Assembly (NCBI GenBank): GCA_050287085.1
Contig: JBNKBE010000008.1
Location: 183,798-247,797 of the forward strand
DNA: 64,000 nt
Reading direction: 5' to 3'
DNA from: Polyangiaceae bacterium
Lineage (GTDB): Bacteria > Myxococcota_A > Polyangia > Polyangiales > Polyangiaceae
Under the pieces are notes generated by a model that saw nothing but the letters and a program-made list of their open reading frames with translations, was not told the origin of the DNA and made no database searches. The position numbers were made by a program, and so were the translations under genes. Each line of letters starts with the position of its first letter. The stretch's first letter is position 1. Below, piece after piece: positions 52,476 to 61,870 of the stretch.

Positions 52476-52605
52476 ACGCATGGTGGAAACTCCACACAAT
52501 TTGATAAAAATTGGAGAACTTGTCGTATCTAGCGAAGTCGCACTAGTGCTTTTGGATTAATTAGCGGCGCAGAAACCGGCCGCAAGGTGCAAACTTCGCA
52601 GCACC

Positions 52606-54402
52606 CTAGTCCTTGTTGGCGGAAGCTACGCCCGACTGAAGGCGCTGAGCAGGAGCCCCCGGCGTCGGGGCCTCCGCCTCCAGCTGAGGATGGAAGCAGA
52701 GCACGCGATGAGTCGGGGCGAGTGGTGCACTCATCCACGGCGGGGATTCGCGCGCGCAGCGCTCGCCGTCGCTGCGTGGACAGACGCTGGCGTAGGCGCA
52801 CCCTGAGCGCCATAGGCCCGGGCGGAGCGGATCTCCCGAGGGATTGAGTTTGCTCTCCTGGAGGGCCTGAAAATAGGGGTGAGCTGGCGTGGTATCGAGG
52901 ATTCGGCTGGGGCCTTCCTCGACGATGCGGCCCTGGAGCAAGACCACGGTTCGGTGCGCGAGCGGTCGCACGTGCTCCGGGTGGCTGCTCAATAGGACAA
53001 ATGCCAACCCAGCACGCGTCTGAAGCGTCCGCAACACTTCGACTACAGCCTCCTGAGCTCGAGTATCAAGACCGTCTAGGGGATCGTCCAGGACGAGCAC
53101 CGTCGGCTCCCGCACAAGAGCTCGGGCCAGCAGCACCAAGCGGCGGGCATGGCTGCTCAGCGCGTCGGGGAGGCTGTCCAGCAATCCGTCGGGGAAGCCG
53201 AGTTGTTGGACGGTTGCCAGAATGCGCTCGGAAGCGTCCCCGTGCGTCAGCCCTTCAGCGATTGCCTCTCGCACGCTGAGCCGAGGGTTGAGGGCGCCGG
53301 GGCCGTAGTCCCCGACCCATTGGACATCGCGAAGGTAGCGGGCGCGCTCCGCGCCACGCAACTCCAGAACAGGAACACCGCGGTGCGCGACGAAACCGTA
53401 GGTAGGGGCGCGCGCGCCTACCAAGAGCTGCCCAAGGCTGGTTTTTCCGCTGCCCGAACGGCCTATGACAGCCAGTGTTTCGCCCGCGAAGACGCTCAGC
53501 GTGACGTTGTCAACGACTCGAAAGGGCTGCGCCGGACGAGGCCACTTCGGCCGGTGCCAGCGCACCTCCGTCAGGTGCTCGCAATGGAGCTGGGGGGCCC
53601 CGGCGGACCGCGGCGGGGAGTCGGGGGCGAGCTGCCCGACGACGGCCCCACGCGTCGGGGGCGTGCTGGGAGCGGGGCTTGCAGCGAGGCGCTCCTGGGC
53701 CTTGAGTTCTCCTTGGGCCAAAAAGTACACCCGCGAACCCACCTCCTGGGCCTCCTGGGCGTGTGGCGTTAGCCACACCACGCCGAGACCGCGTTGACAC
53801 TCTCTTCGCAGTGTCGCTCGCATCCACTCAGCCGCACTCGACGAAAGGTGGGCCAGAGGCTCGTCGACGACGAGCAATTGGGGGTCACACGCAAGCGCCA
53901 TAGCAAGCGCTACCTGTTGTCTCAGCTCCCGTGGCAGTCGGGTGGCGGGCGCGCTGAGCTCCTCATGGGCCAACTGAAGCTCCAAGCGGGTTAGTAGGGC
54001 GCGGACGTGGCGCCGAGCGCGCCATGGGCTCATCTTGAGCCGCAGCAGTGGACCGGTGGTGAGCAGTTCGAGGGTTGAAACGCTGGAGTCGAGCGCGAGC
54101 GCTGCGTCCTGGGGGAGAAGCCCAGCGACGACTCCACACAAAGAACGCCGTCTGTTGGGTGACAACTGCGTCAGGTCGTGAGCGCCCAGATGAGCCACCC
54201 CCCCGACCGTTGCCGGGGAATCCGCATGAACGCCCAAGAGCGCCGGGAATAGGGCACTCTTTCCTGTGGCCCGTGAGCCCAGAATCGTCACCACTTCACC
54301 TCGATGAAGAGTGAGGCTGAGCGACTTGAAGACCACCGGACCGTGCAACGTCGCCGCGCTCAGCACTAGGAGCGGACCTGACTCCGCCGCGTGATCGCTC
54401 AT
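52606..54402 (-). CDS. Fused two-domain oligopeptide/dipeptide-type ABC ATPase with degenerate motifs
   Basis: Walker A 'GSRATGKS' and 'GRSGSGKT', Walker B 'VVDEP' and 'VLDDP', C-terminal 'HPY...GC...CP...C...C' tail. Confidence 0.85.
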   Translation of the reverse strand: MSDHAAESGPLLVLSAATLHGPVVFKSLSLTLHRGEVVTILGSRATGKSALFPALLGVHADSPATVGGVAHLGAHDLTQLSPNRRRSLCGVVAGLLPQDAALALDSSVSTLELLTTGPLLRLKMSPWRARRHVRALLTRLELQLAHEELSAPATRLPRELRQQVALAMALACDPQLLVVDEPLAHLSSSAAEWMRATLRRECQRGLGVVWLTPHAQEAQEVGSRVYFLAQGELKAQERLAASPAPSTPPTRGAVVGQLAPDSPPRSAGAPQLHCEHLTEVRWHRPKWPRPAQPFRVVDNVTLSVFAGETLAVIGRSGSGKTSLGQLLVGARAPTYGFVAHRGVPVLELRGAERARYLRDVQWVGDYGPGALNPRLSVREAIAEGLTHGDASERILATVQQLGFPDGLLDSLPDALSSHARRLVLLARALVREPTVLVLDDPLDGLDTRAQEAVVEVLRTLQTRAGLAFVLLSSHPEHVRPLAHRTVVLLQGRIVEEGPSRILDTTPAHPYFQALQESKLNPSGDPLRPGLWRSGCAYASVCPRSDGERCARESPPWMSAPLAPTHRVLCFHPQLEAEAPTPGAPAQRLQSGVASANKD

Positions 54403-55100
54403 GGCACCCGCTTGCCTGGAGCTTCCGAGCTGGCCAGGCGCTGGCGAGTCGTCCGGTGATCCTCCTCAATCGAGGCAAAGATCCGAGCAACTTCATCTCG
54501 AGCGACCTCCAGAGAGCGGTGGTTTGCCGCGGCAATGCGCTCGCGCAGCGCGGGTCGTTCGGGGCGCGAGAGCAGCGCCTGGAGGTCTAGTGTTTTGGGA
54601 TCGACATACGCGGTGCCGGTGCTTTCGCCCGCTCTGGCTTTTTCCAACGCGGAGATGCGCACCACCTGGATCGTAGGGTCTGGGGTTCTTCGAACGTAGG
54701 GGACCAAACGGTCTGCACTCGCGAAATCCGGTTCCGCATCCGGGTGAAAGGCGGCCAAGGCAAACGGGGTGCTGGCCCCCAAGGGGCGCCGGGCCGCATC
54801 CTCGGCAATCAACGCGGAGACGAAACGCGCAAACGCGGGGCGCGAAAGGCCTGCTTCCGGCAGTAGGAGCATCGCCACATCCCATTGTTCGTCCCGCGCC
54901 CAGCGGTCCATCTGGGCGAGAAGTACAGAATACGCAGGGGGATTGCCGCGCACGACGGCTCGGGCGAGGTGCCCATTGCGCCGCGTGGCCCGTGCCCAGG
55001 GGCAGAGTTCGAAGCGCTCGACGATCTCTTCCAGGTAGCGCGTGTTCAAGCGCAGCGTTTCTCGCTCCAGGGCGCCCACGAGTCGCAGTGTAGTGAGCAC
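54399..55100 (-). CDS. DUF1415-like protein
   Basis: '[11 protein letters not shown]', 'LAAFHP', '[14 protein letters not shown]', 'IAAAN' resemble DUF1415; start uncertain (GTG 55100 chosen). Confidence 0.7.
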   Translation of the reverse strand: MLTTLRLVGALERETLRLNTRYLEEIVERFELCPWARATRRNGHLARAVVRGNPPAYSVLLAQMDRWARDEQWDVAMLLLPEAGLSRPAFARFVSALIAEDAARRPLGASTPFALAAFHPDAEPDFASADRLVPYVRRTPDPTIQVVRISALEKARAGESTGTAYVDPKTLDLQALLSRPERPALRERIAAANHRSLEVARDEVARIFASIEEDHRTTRQRLASSEAPGKRVP

Positions 55101-55224
55101 TCTGCTGGTGTCACGAGATTCGATGCCAAAGAGCCGGGTGATGGCGTCGTCAGGGCGGGCCCACCGTCCCACACCGAGAGCGCCCTTGCGCCGCGACGGA
55201 GCGGCTCCTATCGTCCGCCGCGAC

Positions 55225-56151
55225 ATGGCACGGACACTCAAGATCACGGCACCCGACGTGCTCGCGGCGAAAGGGCATCGGCGCTTGGCGGCGGTGACCG
55301 CTTACGATGCAACGTTCGCTCGGCTCTTCGACGCCGCGGGCGTCGACGTGCTGCTGGTAGGGGACTCGGTAGGCATGGTGTTTCAAGGCCAGGCCACGAC
55401 TTTGCCGGTCACCCTACAAGACATGGTGTACCACACGCGCGCGGTTGTCCGCGGAGCAACGCGTGCTCAGGTCGTCGCGGACCTTCCCTTTGGCAGCTAT
55501 CAGACAGGTCCAGAGCAGGCCGTGGCGTCCGCCGTTACGCTGATGAAAGAGGGGGGCGCCGAGGCTGTTAAGCTCGAAGGCGGTGCGGAGATCGCCGAGT
55601 CCGTGCGCCGGGTAGTAGCCTGCGGAATCCCGGTCATGGGGCACGTCGGATTGACGCCGCAATCGGTGCATCGATTTGGGGGCTTTCGCGTGCAGGGGCG
55701 CAGCGATAGCGAGCGGCGGGCCCTGCTCCGAGACGCAATTGAGCTGCAAGAGGCTGGGGCCTACTCGCTCGTGGTGGAAGGGGTCCCGAGCGACGTAGCG
55801 CAGGAGATCACCCAGACCCTGACGATTCCAACCATCGGGATAGGCGCCGGCGTAGGCTGCGACGGACAAGTCCTTGTTTCGTACGACTTCCTCGGTCTGT
55901 TCACCGACTTCAAGCCGCGCTTCGTGAAACACTATGCGAACCTCGCTGAGGTCGTGAGTCAGGCGACCGCTGCCTACGTGGACGAGGTCCGTGCCGGACA
56001 GTTTCCGGGGCCCGAGCATTCGTTTTCTCCCTCGGCTCGAGTCGCGCCCAAACCCGCCGAAGAGACAGGCGCCGGTGCGCTCACGAACCCGGGACCGCCA
56101 AGCTACGGCCCTGCGGATGAAGCGGTCAAAACGGGGGAGATAGTGCCGTGA
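55225..56151 (+). CDS. panB: 3-methyl-2-oxobutanoate hydroxymethyltransferase
   Basis: 'TAYD', 'LVGDSVGM', 'VKLEGG', 'GHVGLTPQ', '[13 protein letters not shown]'. Confidence 0.97.
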   Translation: MARTLKITAPDVLAAKGHRRLAAVTAYDATFARLFDAAGVDVLLVGDSVGMVFQGQATTLPVTLQDMVYHTRAVVRGATRAQVVADLPFGSYQTGPEQAVASAVTLMKEGGAEAVKLEGGAEIAESVRRVVACGIPVMGHVGLTPQSVHRFGGFRVQGRSDSERRALLRDAIELQEAGAYSLVVEGVPSDVAQEITQTLTIPTIGIGAGVGCDGQVLVSYDFLGLFTDFKPRFVKHYANLAEVVSQATAAYVDEVRAGQFPGPEHSFSPSARVAPKPAEETGAGALTNPGPPSYGPADEAVKTGEIVP

Positions 56152-57029
56152 AGAGACTCGAGACAGCGGCGGCGTTGCGCGCCGAATGCAACGCCCTGCG
56201 CCGCTCAGGCAAGACGATCGGATTCGTTCCGACCATGGGCGCGCTGCACGCCGGACACCAGCGGCTGGTCGAGAAGAGTGTTGCCGCCGGGCACGCCACG
56301 GTGGTGTCCATCTTCGTCAATCCTACGCAGTTTGGCGATCCAGCGGATCTCGATCACTATCCAAGGAGTCTTGAGAGCGACTTGGAGCTGCTCGACGCCA
56401 CTGGGGCCGACGTCGTATTCACGCCTTCGGTTGCGGAACTGTACCCGTCTGGTGAGTTCACCCGGGTGTGCGTATCGGGGCCGAGCCGCGGCCTGTGTGG
56501 CGCGTCTCGGCCGGGTCACTTTGATGGCGTAGCGACGGTGGTGAGCAAGTTCTTTGCCCTGGTTGGCTCCTGCACCGCGTACTTCGGAAAGAAGGACTAT
56601 CAGCAGTGGCTGGTCGTGCGTGGGTTGGTCCGCGATCTCGGCTTTGACGTGCAGGTCGTGGGGGTTGCTACGATACGTGAAGCCGACGGACTGGCGCTCA
56701 GCTCACGAAACCGCCGTTTGGACTCCAATCAGCGGGCGCAGGCGCTCGCTGTGGTGCGCGGGCTTTGCTTGGCAGAGCAGTCGTTCCAAGCCGGCGAGCG
56801 GCGAGTCGCGGTGTTGCGACAGCTCATCGTCGACGCACTCGCGGAGGGCGGCGCAAAGTTGGATTACGCCGAAATAGTCTCCGCTGAGGATCTGAGTCGC
56901 GTGCCGGAGACGGTGGGTAAACGAGCCCTGGCGGCCGTAGCTGCGCACGTCGGGCCAGTTCGACTGATCGACAACGTCGTGCTCGGAGAACCGTCGCTGC
57001 AAGCCTATCGCGAGGGGCTCGAAGTATGA
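56148..57029 (+). CDS. panC: Pantoate--beta-alanine ligase
   Basis: '[11 protein letters not shown]', 'SIFVNPTQF', 'RPGHFDGV', 'FGKKDYQQ', 'GLALSSRN', 'RLIDN'. Confidence 0.97.
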   Translation: MKRLETAAALRAECNALRRSGKTIGFVPTMGALHAGHQRLVEKSVAAGHATVVSIFVNPTQFGDPADLDHYPRSLESDLELLDATGADVVFTPSVAELYPSGEFTRVCVSGPSRGLCGASRPGHFDGVATVVSKFFALVGSCTAYFGKKDYQQWLVVRGLVRDLGFDVQVVGVATIREADGLALSSRNRRLDSNQRAQALAVVRGLCLAEQSFQAGERRVAVLRQLIVDALAEGGAKLDYAEIVSAEDLSRVPETVGKRALAAVAAHVGPVRLIDNVVLGEPSLQAYREGLEV

Positions 57030-57688
57030 GCCGCGGCCGTTTCATCGTTGTCGAAGGGATTGATGGATCGGGCAGCACGTCCCAGGCCAGGCGCCTCGTC
57101 GCGACGCTGCAAGCGCATGGCGTCGGCGCTGTATTCACACACGAACCCACGCCTGGACCCATTGGCAGGTTGCTCCGCGACGTGCTCGAAGGTCGTACGC
57201 GCCTGCCGACCCCAAGCGCGTACGGAACTCCGGCGGAGTCACCCTTGGCCTGGCGCAGCTTAGCGCTTCTCTTCGCCGCCGATCGCGTCGATCACGTAGC
57301 GGGCCTCATCGAACCAGCCCTGAGCTCCGGCCAGTGGATCGTCAGCGATCGCTACGTGCTGTCGAGCCTTGCGTATCAAGCGCTGACGAGCGGCGAAGGG
57401 CGGGCTGCGGTCCCTTGGCTGCGCCAAGTGAACAGTGCCGCGCTCGTCCCCGATCTGACGTTGGTGTTGCATGTCGAGGCGAACGTAGCGGCCGAACGGC
57501 GGCGTTCGCGCGGCGGTCCCGCGGAGCTCTTTGAATACGACGCGCTGCAGCGCGTCCTCGTACAGTGGTATCGAGACGCCGCCGAACTGCTCGGACCCGA
57601 GCAGACGGTTATCGGGGTTGATGGCCATGCGAGCGAGACACAGTGCGCCCAGCGCATCTGGGAGCATGTTCGGCAGCTGTGTGTCTAG
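57026..57688 (+). CDS. tmk: Thymidylate kinase
   Basis: 'FIVVEGIDGSGST' (P-loop Lys replaced by Ser), 'HEP', 'LFAADR', 'DRY..SS.AYQ', 'PDL'. Confidence 0.88.
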   Translation: MSRGRFIVVEGIDGSGSTSQARRLVATLQAHGVGAVFTHEPTPGPIGRLLRDVLEGRTRLPTPSAYGTPAESPLAWRSLALLFAADRVDHVAGLIEPALSSGQWIVSDRYVLSSLAYQALTSGEGRAAVPWLRQVNSAALVPDLTLVLHVEANVAAERRRSRGGPAELFEYDALQRVLVQWYRDAAELLGPEQTVIGVDGHASETQCAQRIWEHVRQLCV

Positions 57689-57739
57689 AGCTGTGCGTCC
57701 CGATGCTCGCAGCGCCGCGGCCGGACCGCCATTCGCCGA

Positions 57740-58258
57740 CTAGCCACCGGCTGGCTGGGGGCGTTCCGGAGCTGGGCGGGGAGCGCCCACGATTGGAAAG
57801 CTGAGCTGTCGCGATTGACCGGCTCGGAGCAGATGAACCTCAAGCGCCGGAGCCTGGCGCAACGACTCGAATACCTCGTAGGCCACATTCGGGTCTTCGA
57901 TGGACTGGCCGTTGACGTGCGTCACGACGTCGCCTGGCTGCAGATCAACGTCCTGCCAGAACTCCGGGGTCAGAAGCTCTACGATCCGAAAACCACTGAA
58001 TTGCGCCCCCTCGAGGCTCGGCTCGACACGGATCCGGCGCAGAAAGTGGCCTAGGCCCGCGTCGACCTCGGCCACCACGGCTTGCCGGCCAAGCGCCCCT
58101 TTGGGTATCGCTGAGGGGCCTGGCGCGGCGCTCTCAGTCGCCGGGAGTGCCGCAGGTTTCGGGGTGCTTTCGGCGCAAGCGCTCACCAGCCAGGCGAGCA
58201 GAGCTAGGGCAACCCCTGTGCGCCTTCCTGGGATGCGCGTGTAGAAAGCGATACACAT
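57740..58258 (-). CDS. PDZ-domain lipoprotein (GspC-PDZ-like)
   Basis: Lipobox 'VSAC'; 'GFRI...LQPGDVVTHVNG...LLRAG'. Confidence 0.8.
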   Translation of the reverse strand: MCIAFYTRIPGRRTGVALALLAWLVSACAESTPKPAALPATESAAPGPSAIPKGALGRQAVVAEVDAGLGHFLRRIRVEPSLEGAQFSGFRIVELLTPEFWQDVDLQPGDVVTHVNGQSIEDPNVAYEVFESLRQAPALEVHLLRAGQSRQLSFPIVGAPRPAPERPQPAGG

Positions 58259-58371
58259 CGTGGCGAAGATACTCGAGGGATCGCATCAGCCCAAGTTTTA
58301 GGCGGAGCAGGGCGTGGTCCAGCTGTGGCGGCCCGAGAGGCCTGTCCCATGACCGTCCGCCATGCGCGGCC

Positions 58372-59343
58372 TCAAGGCCACACAGGCGTCAGCCAGCTCA
58401 TGCGGTCGGGGACTCGCCCGTGCACAACGTCCTCAAAATACGCCTTGATCCGCTGCGTGGTAGCGCCCACTCGGCCCTCACCTAGGGGGCGTCGATCGAC
58501 ACTTCGGACGGGGGTGACCTCCGCGCCCGTGCCGCATAAGAACATCTCATCGGCCACGTATAACTCGCTTCTGGCGAGGCGCCGCTCAACGAAGCGCAGT
58601 CCCAGGTCTTCAGACGCCAGCTCTATCAAGCTCCGGCGCGTGATGCCGTCGAGATTGTCCTCGGTGGACGGTGGTGAGTAAAGAACCCCGTCGCGCACGA
58701 TGAATACGTGCTCAGCACTGCCCTCGGAGACAGAGCCTCCTTCGGTCAGGAAAATCGCTTCGTCGAAGCCATTATCGACCGCTTCGCGTCGCGCCAGCGC
58801 ACTGTTGAGATAGATCCCCGTTGGCTTGGCTCGTGCCGGAATAGCGTTGTCGGAAACGCGTCGCCAGGATGACACGCAGACGTCGATCGACGACTTGTTG
58901 ATGTAGCGCTGAAGCGGCAGGGTGTAGACGACAAACGCGCTGTCTTCTTCCCTCAACACAGGCGATAGCTCGTTGCTGTTGCTGAAGACCATGGGACGAA
59001 CGTACACGTCGTGGTGCACTTCGTTTCGCCGCAGCGTTTCCAGCACGACCTGCTCTGCCTCGCTCGTTTCGATCGGCAGCCGGAGGCAAATCATCGCTGC
59101 CGAGCGTTTCAAGCGTTCGATATGGGCCGAAAGGCGGAATACATAGACCTGATTCCCATCATCTGCCAGGTAGCCGCGAATTCCACCGAAACAACCGAGC
59201 CCATAGTTCAGACCGCGGCATCGAATGCTCACCGTGGCGTCCGCCTCGTCCACGTAGCGACCCGCGAAATAACTCACCATTGCCGCGTCAGAATGCCAGA
59301 AAGCCTGGCTAGGAAAAGCACCCATCGCGTAGACCTGCGCCAT
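58372..59343 (-). CDS. ilvE: Branched-chain amino acid aminotransferase (PLP fold IV)
   Basis: 'LNYG.GCFGGIRGY', 'AKPTGIY.NS', 'SEGSAEH', 'LDGITR', 'ADEMFLCGTGAEV'; start uncertain. Confidence 0.85.
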   Translation of the reverse strand: MAQVYAMGAFPSQAFWHSDAAMVSYFAGRYVDEADATVSIRCRGLNYGLGCFGGIRGYLADDGNQVYVFRLSAHIERLKRSAAMICLRLPIETSEAEQVVLETLRRNEVHHDVYVRPMVFSNSNELSPVLREEDSAFVVYTLPLQRYINKSSIDVCVSSWRRVSDNAIPARAKPTGIYLNSALARREAVDNGFDEAIFLTEGGSVSEGSAEHVFIVRDGVLYSPPSTEDNLDGITRRSLIELASEDLGLRFVERRLARSELYVADEMFLCGTGAEVTPVRSVDRRPLGEGRVGATTQRIKAYFEDVVHGRVPDRMSWLTPVWP

Positions 59344-59400
59344 CAGCGGTGGGGCCGGCCGGCCCCGCTCATCGACCGCGGGCGAAACACAGTTTCCGGA

Positions 59401-59511
59401 AGCCGGTCGTAGGCCGTCCCTGGGCGTGTTGGGGGGGCGCTCGGAGCCCCCGTAGCTCGCGGCGGTTTCGACCGGCTCGCGACTGACTTTCCCCTCCCCG
59501 GGCCCTCAGCC
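59401..59511. repeat. Dispersed palindromic element, copy C (left arm degenerate)
   Basis: Right arm cggtttcgaccggctcgcgactgactttcccctccccgggccctcagcc matches copies A and B; agccggtcg (59401) pairs with cgaccggct (59469). Confidence 0.75.
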
Positions 59512-60609
59512 CAGCTGAAAGGTCACGACTCGCTCGACCAATTCGGCAAACTCTTTGCGCCCGAAGCCCGCACGGCTCGGCATCCAGTCGAGATGCACGG
59601 AGGGGCGCAGGCTATCGTGGAAGTGTCCGATGATATCTAGGTGGTCGCCGGGACCTGCCCACAAGAGCTCCCCGAACACCATGCTCTCCGTGGGGACGAC
59701 CCCGTCGTTTGTTTCAGGCGTGAGCTTCATGGCCAAGCGGCGTTCGATGGCGCTACGTTGGGCTTCCGAGAGTGAGGCGTAAGGGTATTCGGCGTGGGGC
59801 TCGCCTGTGATTCGAGCGATGCTGCGAAAGAGCGTGGCCGCTACCGAGTCGTAGGGGGAGAGCATGCGCGTGCCCAGTTGACGCCAGGTAGCGGGAATTG
59901 CCGCGCTCGCCACCGCGCCTAGCCGCACGTCTTTGGGCGCAGGAAGGCTCGCGTTGAAGAGGTCCATGGCTTCCGGCGTGGTTTGAATCAGCGCGCCTTG
60001 ATCTCGCCGCAGTTGATTCATGTACGTGATGAGCTCGTTGCGGCTGCTCTTATCGAAGTACTTGAGGAGCGCATCGGTCACCCGTCGAAACAGTCGAAGA
60101 TCGTCGCCAAGCATCTGATCGAGCCGCCCCACGTTGGAGAGCGCCCGCGACGCGAGGGCGAGCGTGGGTTCGCCCAGCGATAGAGACAGCACCGTCAGCA
60201 GGCTGATCACATACAAGACGCGCGCGCCCGCCACCGTCGTGAAGTAGGTCGCAAGGGGGGTTCCGTAGTGGGGGGTGTTCAGACTGACCGCGGAGCGTAC
60301 GCGGCGACGCCAGGGCCCCGCTCCAGCGGACTCGGCCAGCGCGAGGCGAATATCGAGTCCTCCCGTCGAATGCCCGACGAGGTGAATGGGCGAGGAGCCC
60401 TGAGAGTTGAGGCGGTCCAGCGTCTGCGTCAGCAACCTCGAACGACTGCGAATACTGGACGTGGGGGGCATGGGGATGACGTCGACATGAACCTGCTGCC
60501 CCACTTCATCGTAGCGTCGCTGAAGGGCACGGGTCAGGTGACCGAAGTATTCATATCCCGCGAGGCGGGCGAATCCGAACATTCCCGGAATGAGGTAGAC
60601 GTGATGCAT
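59506..60609 (-). CDS. Alpha/beta-hydrolase (triacylglycerol lipase-like)
   Basis: Oxyanion 'IPGMFGF', nucleophile 'GHSTGG', 'TPHYGT', 'NDGVVP', 'DHLDIIGH'. Confidence 0.88.
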   Translation of the reverse strand: MHHVYLIPGMFGFARLAGYEYFGHLTRALQRRYDEVGQQVHVDVIPMPPTSSIRSRSRLLTQTLDRLNSQGSSPIHLVGHSTGGLDIRLALAESAGAGPWRRRVRSAVSLNTPHYGTPLATYFTTVAGARVLYVISLLTVLSLSLGEPTLALASRALSNVGRLDQMLGDDLRLFRRVTDALLKYFDKSSRNELITYMNQLRRDQGALIQTTPEAMDLFNASLPAPKDVRLGAVASAAIPATWRQLGTRMLSPYDSVAATLFRSIARITGEPHAEYPYASLSEAQRSAIERRLAMKLTPETNDGVVPTESMVFGELLWAGPGDHLDIIGHFHDSLRPSVHLDWMPSRAGFGRKEFAELVERVVTFQLG

Positions 60610-60701
60610 GTACCAGTTGTGCTCCTCGACGGGGGACGTCCGGGAGCCTGCTCCTGAGGCGACGTTGCTCCAAACGTCTACGGCCTAGCGCCGACGGGAG
60701 T

Positions 60702-61658
60702 TCAGTTGTCGCCAGCCACGAGCCGGAGCTGCGCTCTCACCTCGAAGTCGAAGCGGATCTCCGCCGCAGCTGCCGCGTCCGCACCGTCCGCTCGCAGTTC
60801 GGAGTAGCGATGCACGATCACGTCTACGGGTTTCGTCTCTTCGGCCAAGGCGGCTTCCAACAACGATCGCGGTACGCTGCCAACGCCCTCACTATCGTCG
60901 TAGGCGCAGCGCAATAGAACCCCGCGGCCCGCGGCGAGCTCGACATAGACGAGGTCGCCCGCTGAGCCAACGGACCAAGTGAAGTCGGCGGGTACGTTGA
61001 GCGCGAGCTGCGCCGCCGACGCCAGCGGCTCTCCGTTCAACGTGAGCTCCGCAAGTTCCGCCGGAGCTCGCGCGGATAACTCGAGGGCGGGGAAGACGCG
61101 GCTACCGGTGACCACCACCGTGTATTCGGTCCCGCCGGGGAGCGTGGCCCCCTCGCGGTTGCGGGTCGTGTAGACAATGCCTGCCGCGAAGTGGGCGACG
61201 GTTGGGAAGGCACGAGGAGCGAGAACGATAGGGGTACCGGCGCCCGCTGGGTTCAGGCTCACGGTGCCAGCTTCCAGGAGTTCCAGCGGTTTCAGCGTCG
61301 CCAGGCTCGGCGTACCCTGAGCGGGGCGTAGGGCGCAGGTGCCAAGGGGGGGCAAGGTGGGCACCAAACCTGCCAATGCTAGCGAACGAGCACTGCGCTC
61401 TCCGGGGAGAAAGTTGGCCATGGCTTGGCTGCTTTCACCGCTGTCGTCGAGAGCGGCCGAGCGGGCTCGCTGGACGTTGATATAGGCTCCGGGCAACGCC
61501 CGCGTGAGCTCCGACGGGTCCTCTTCGGCCGCATCCAGAACCGGATCATGCGCGGCGAGCTCACTTCCGCCCTCTTCCAGCCCACCGCCCGAACACGCGG
61601 CAAGCGTTAGCGCCAGCCAAAGGCCAGGTTGGCTGAAGACGGTCAGGGGCGAACTCAT
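60702..61658 (-). CDS. Hypothetical lipoprotein
   Basis: Lipobox 'LAAC'; beta-sandwich-like C-terminus. Confidence 0.7.
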   Translation of the reverse strand: MSSPLTVFSQPGLWLALTLAACSGGGLEEGGSELAAHDPVLDAAEEDPSELTRALPGAYINVQRARSAALDDSGESSQAMANFLPGERSARSLALAGLVPTLPPLGTCALRPAQGTPSLATLKPLELLEAGTVSLNPAGAGTPIVLAPRAFPTVAHFAAGIVYTTRNREGATLPGGTEYTVVVTGSRVFPALELSARAPAELAELTLNGEPLASAAQLALNVPADFTWSVGSAGDLVYVELAAGRGVLLRCAYDDSEGVGSVPRSLLEAALAEETKPVDVIVHRYSELRADGADAAAAAEIRFDFEVRAQLRLVAGDN

Positions 61659-61870
61659 GCCCTTAGCCTAGGGGTTGCCGTCCGTTCAGGCAAGGTCGCC
61701 GGCGGCTGGATTGGTCCAAAGCGACACCCGCACCTGGCTGCCAGCGGGACCCTCATGGATTCTGCGAATGGGAGTATGAGGGAAAAGCCGTCGCGGCGGG
61801 CCGTCGGGTCGCCGGTCAGGAGGCGCATTCCGGACTTGTCATTGGGCTGTGAATGGCTAGTGTCCGCCCG

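Noticed and set aside
52160..52495. 111-aa minus-strand ORF in the convergent gap
   Set aside because: Atypical composition, no RBS, and it would run through a terminator-like hairpin; an ncRNA interpretation fits better.
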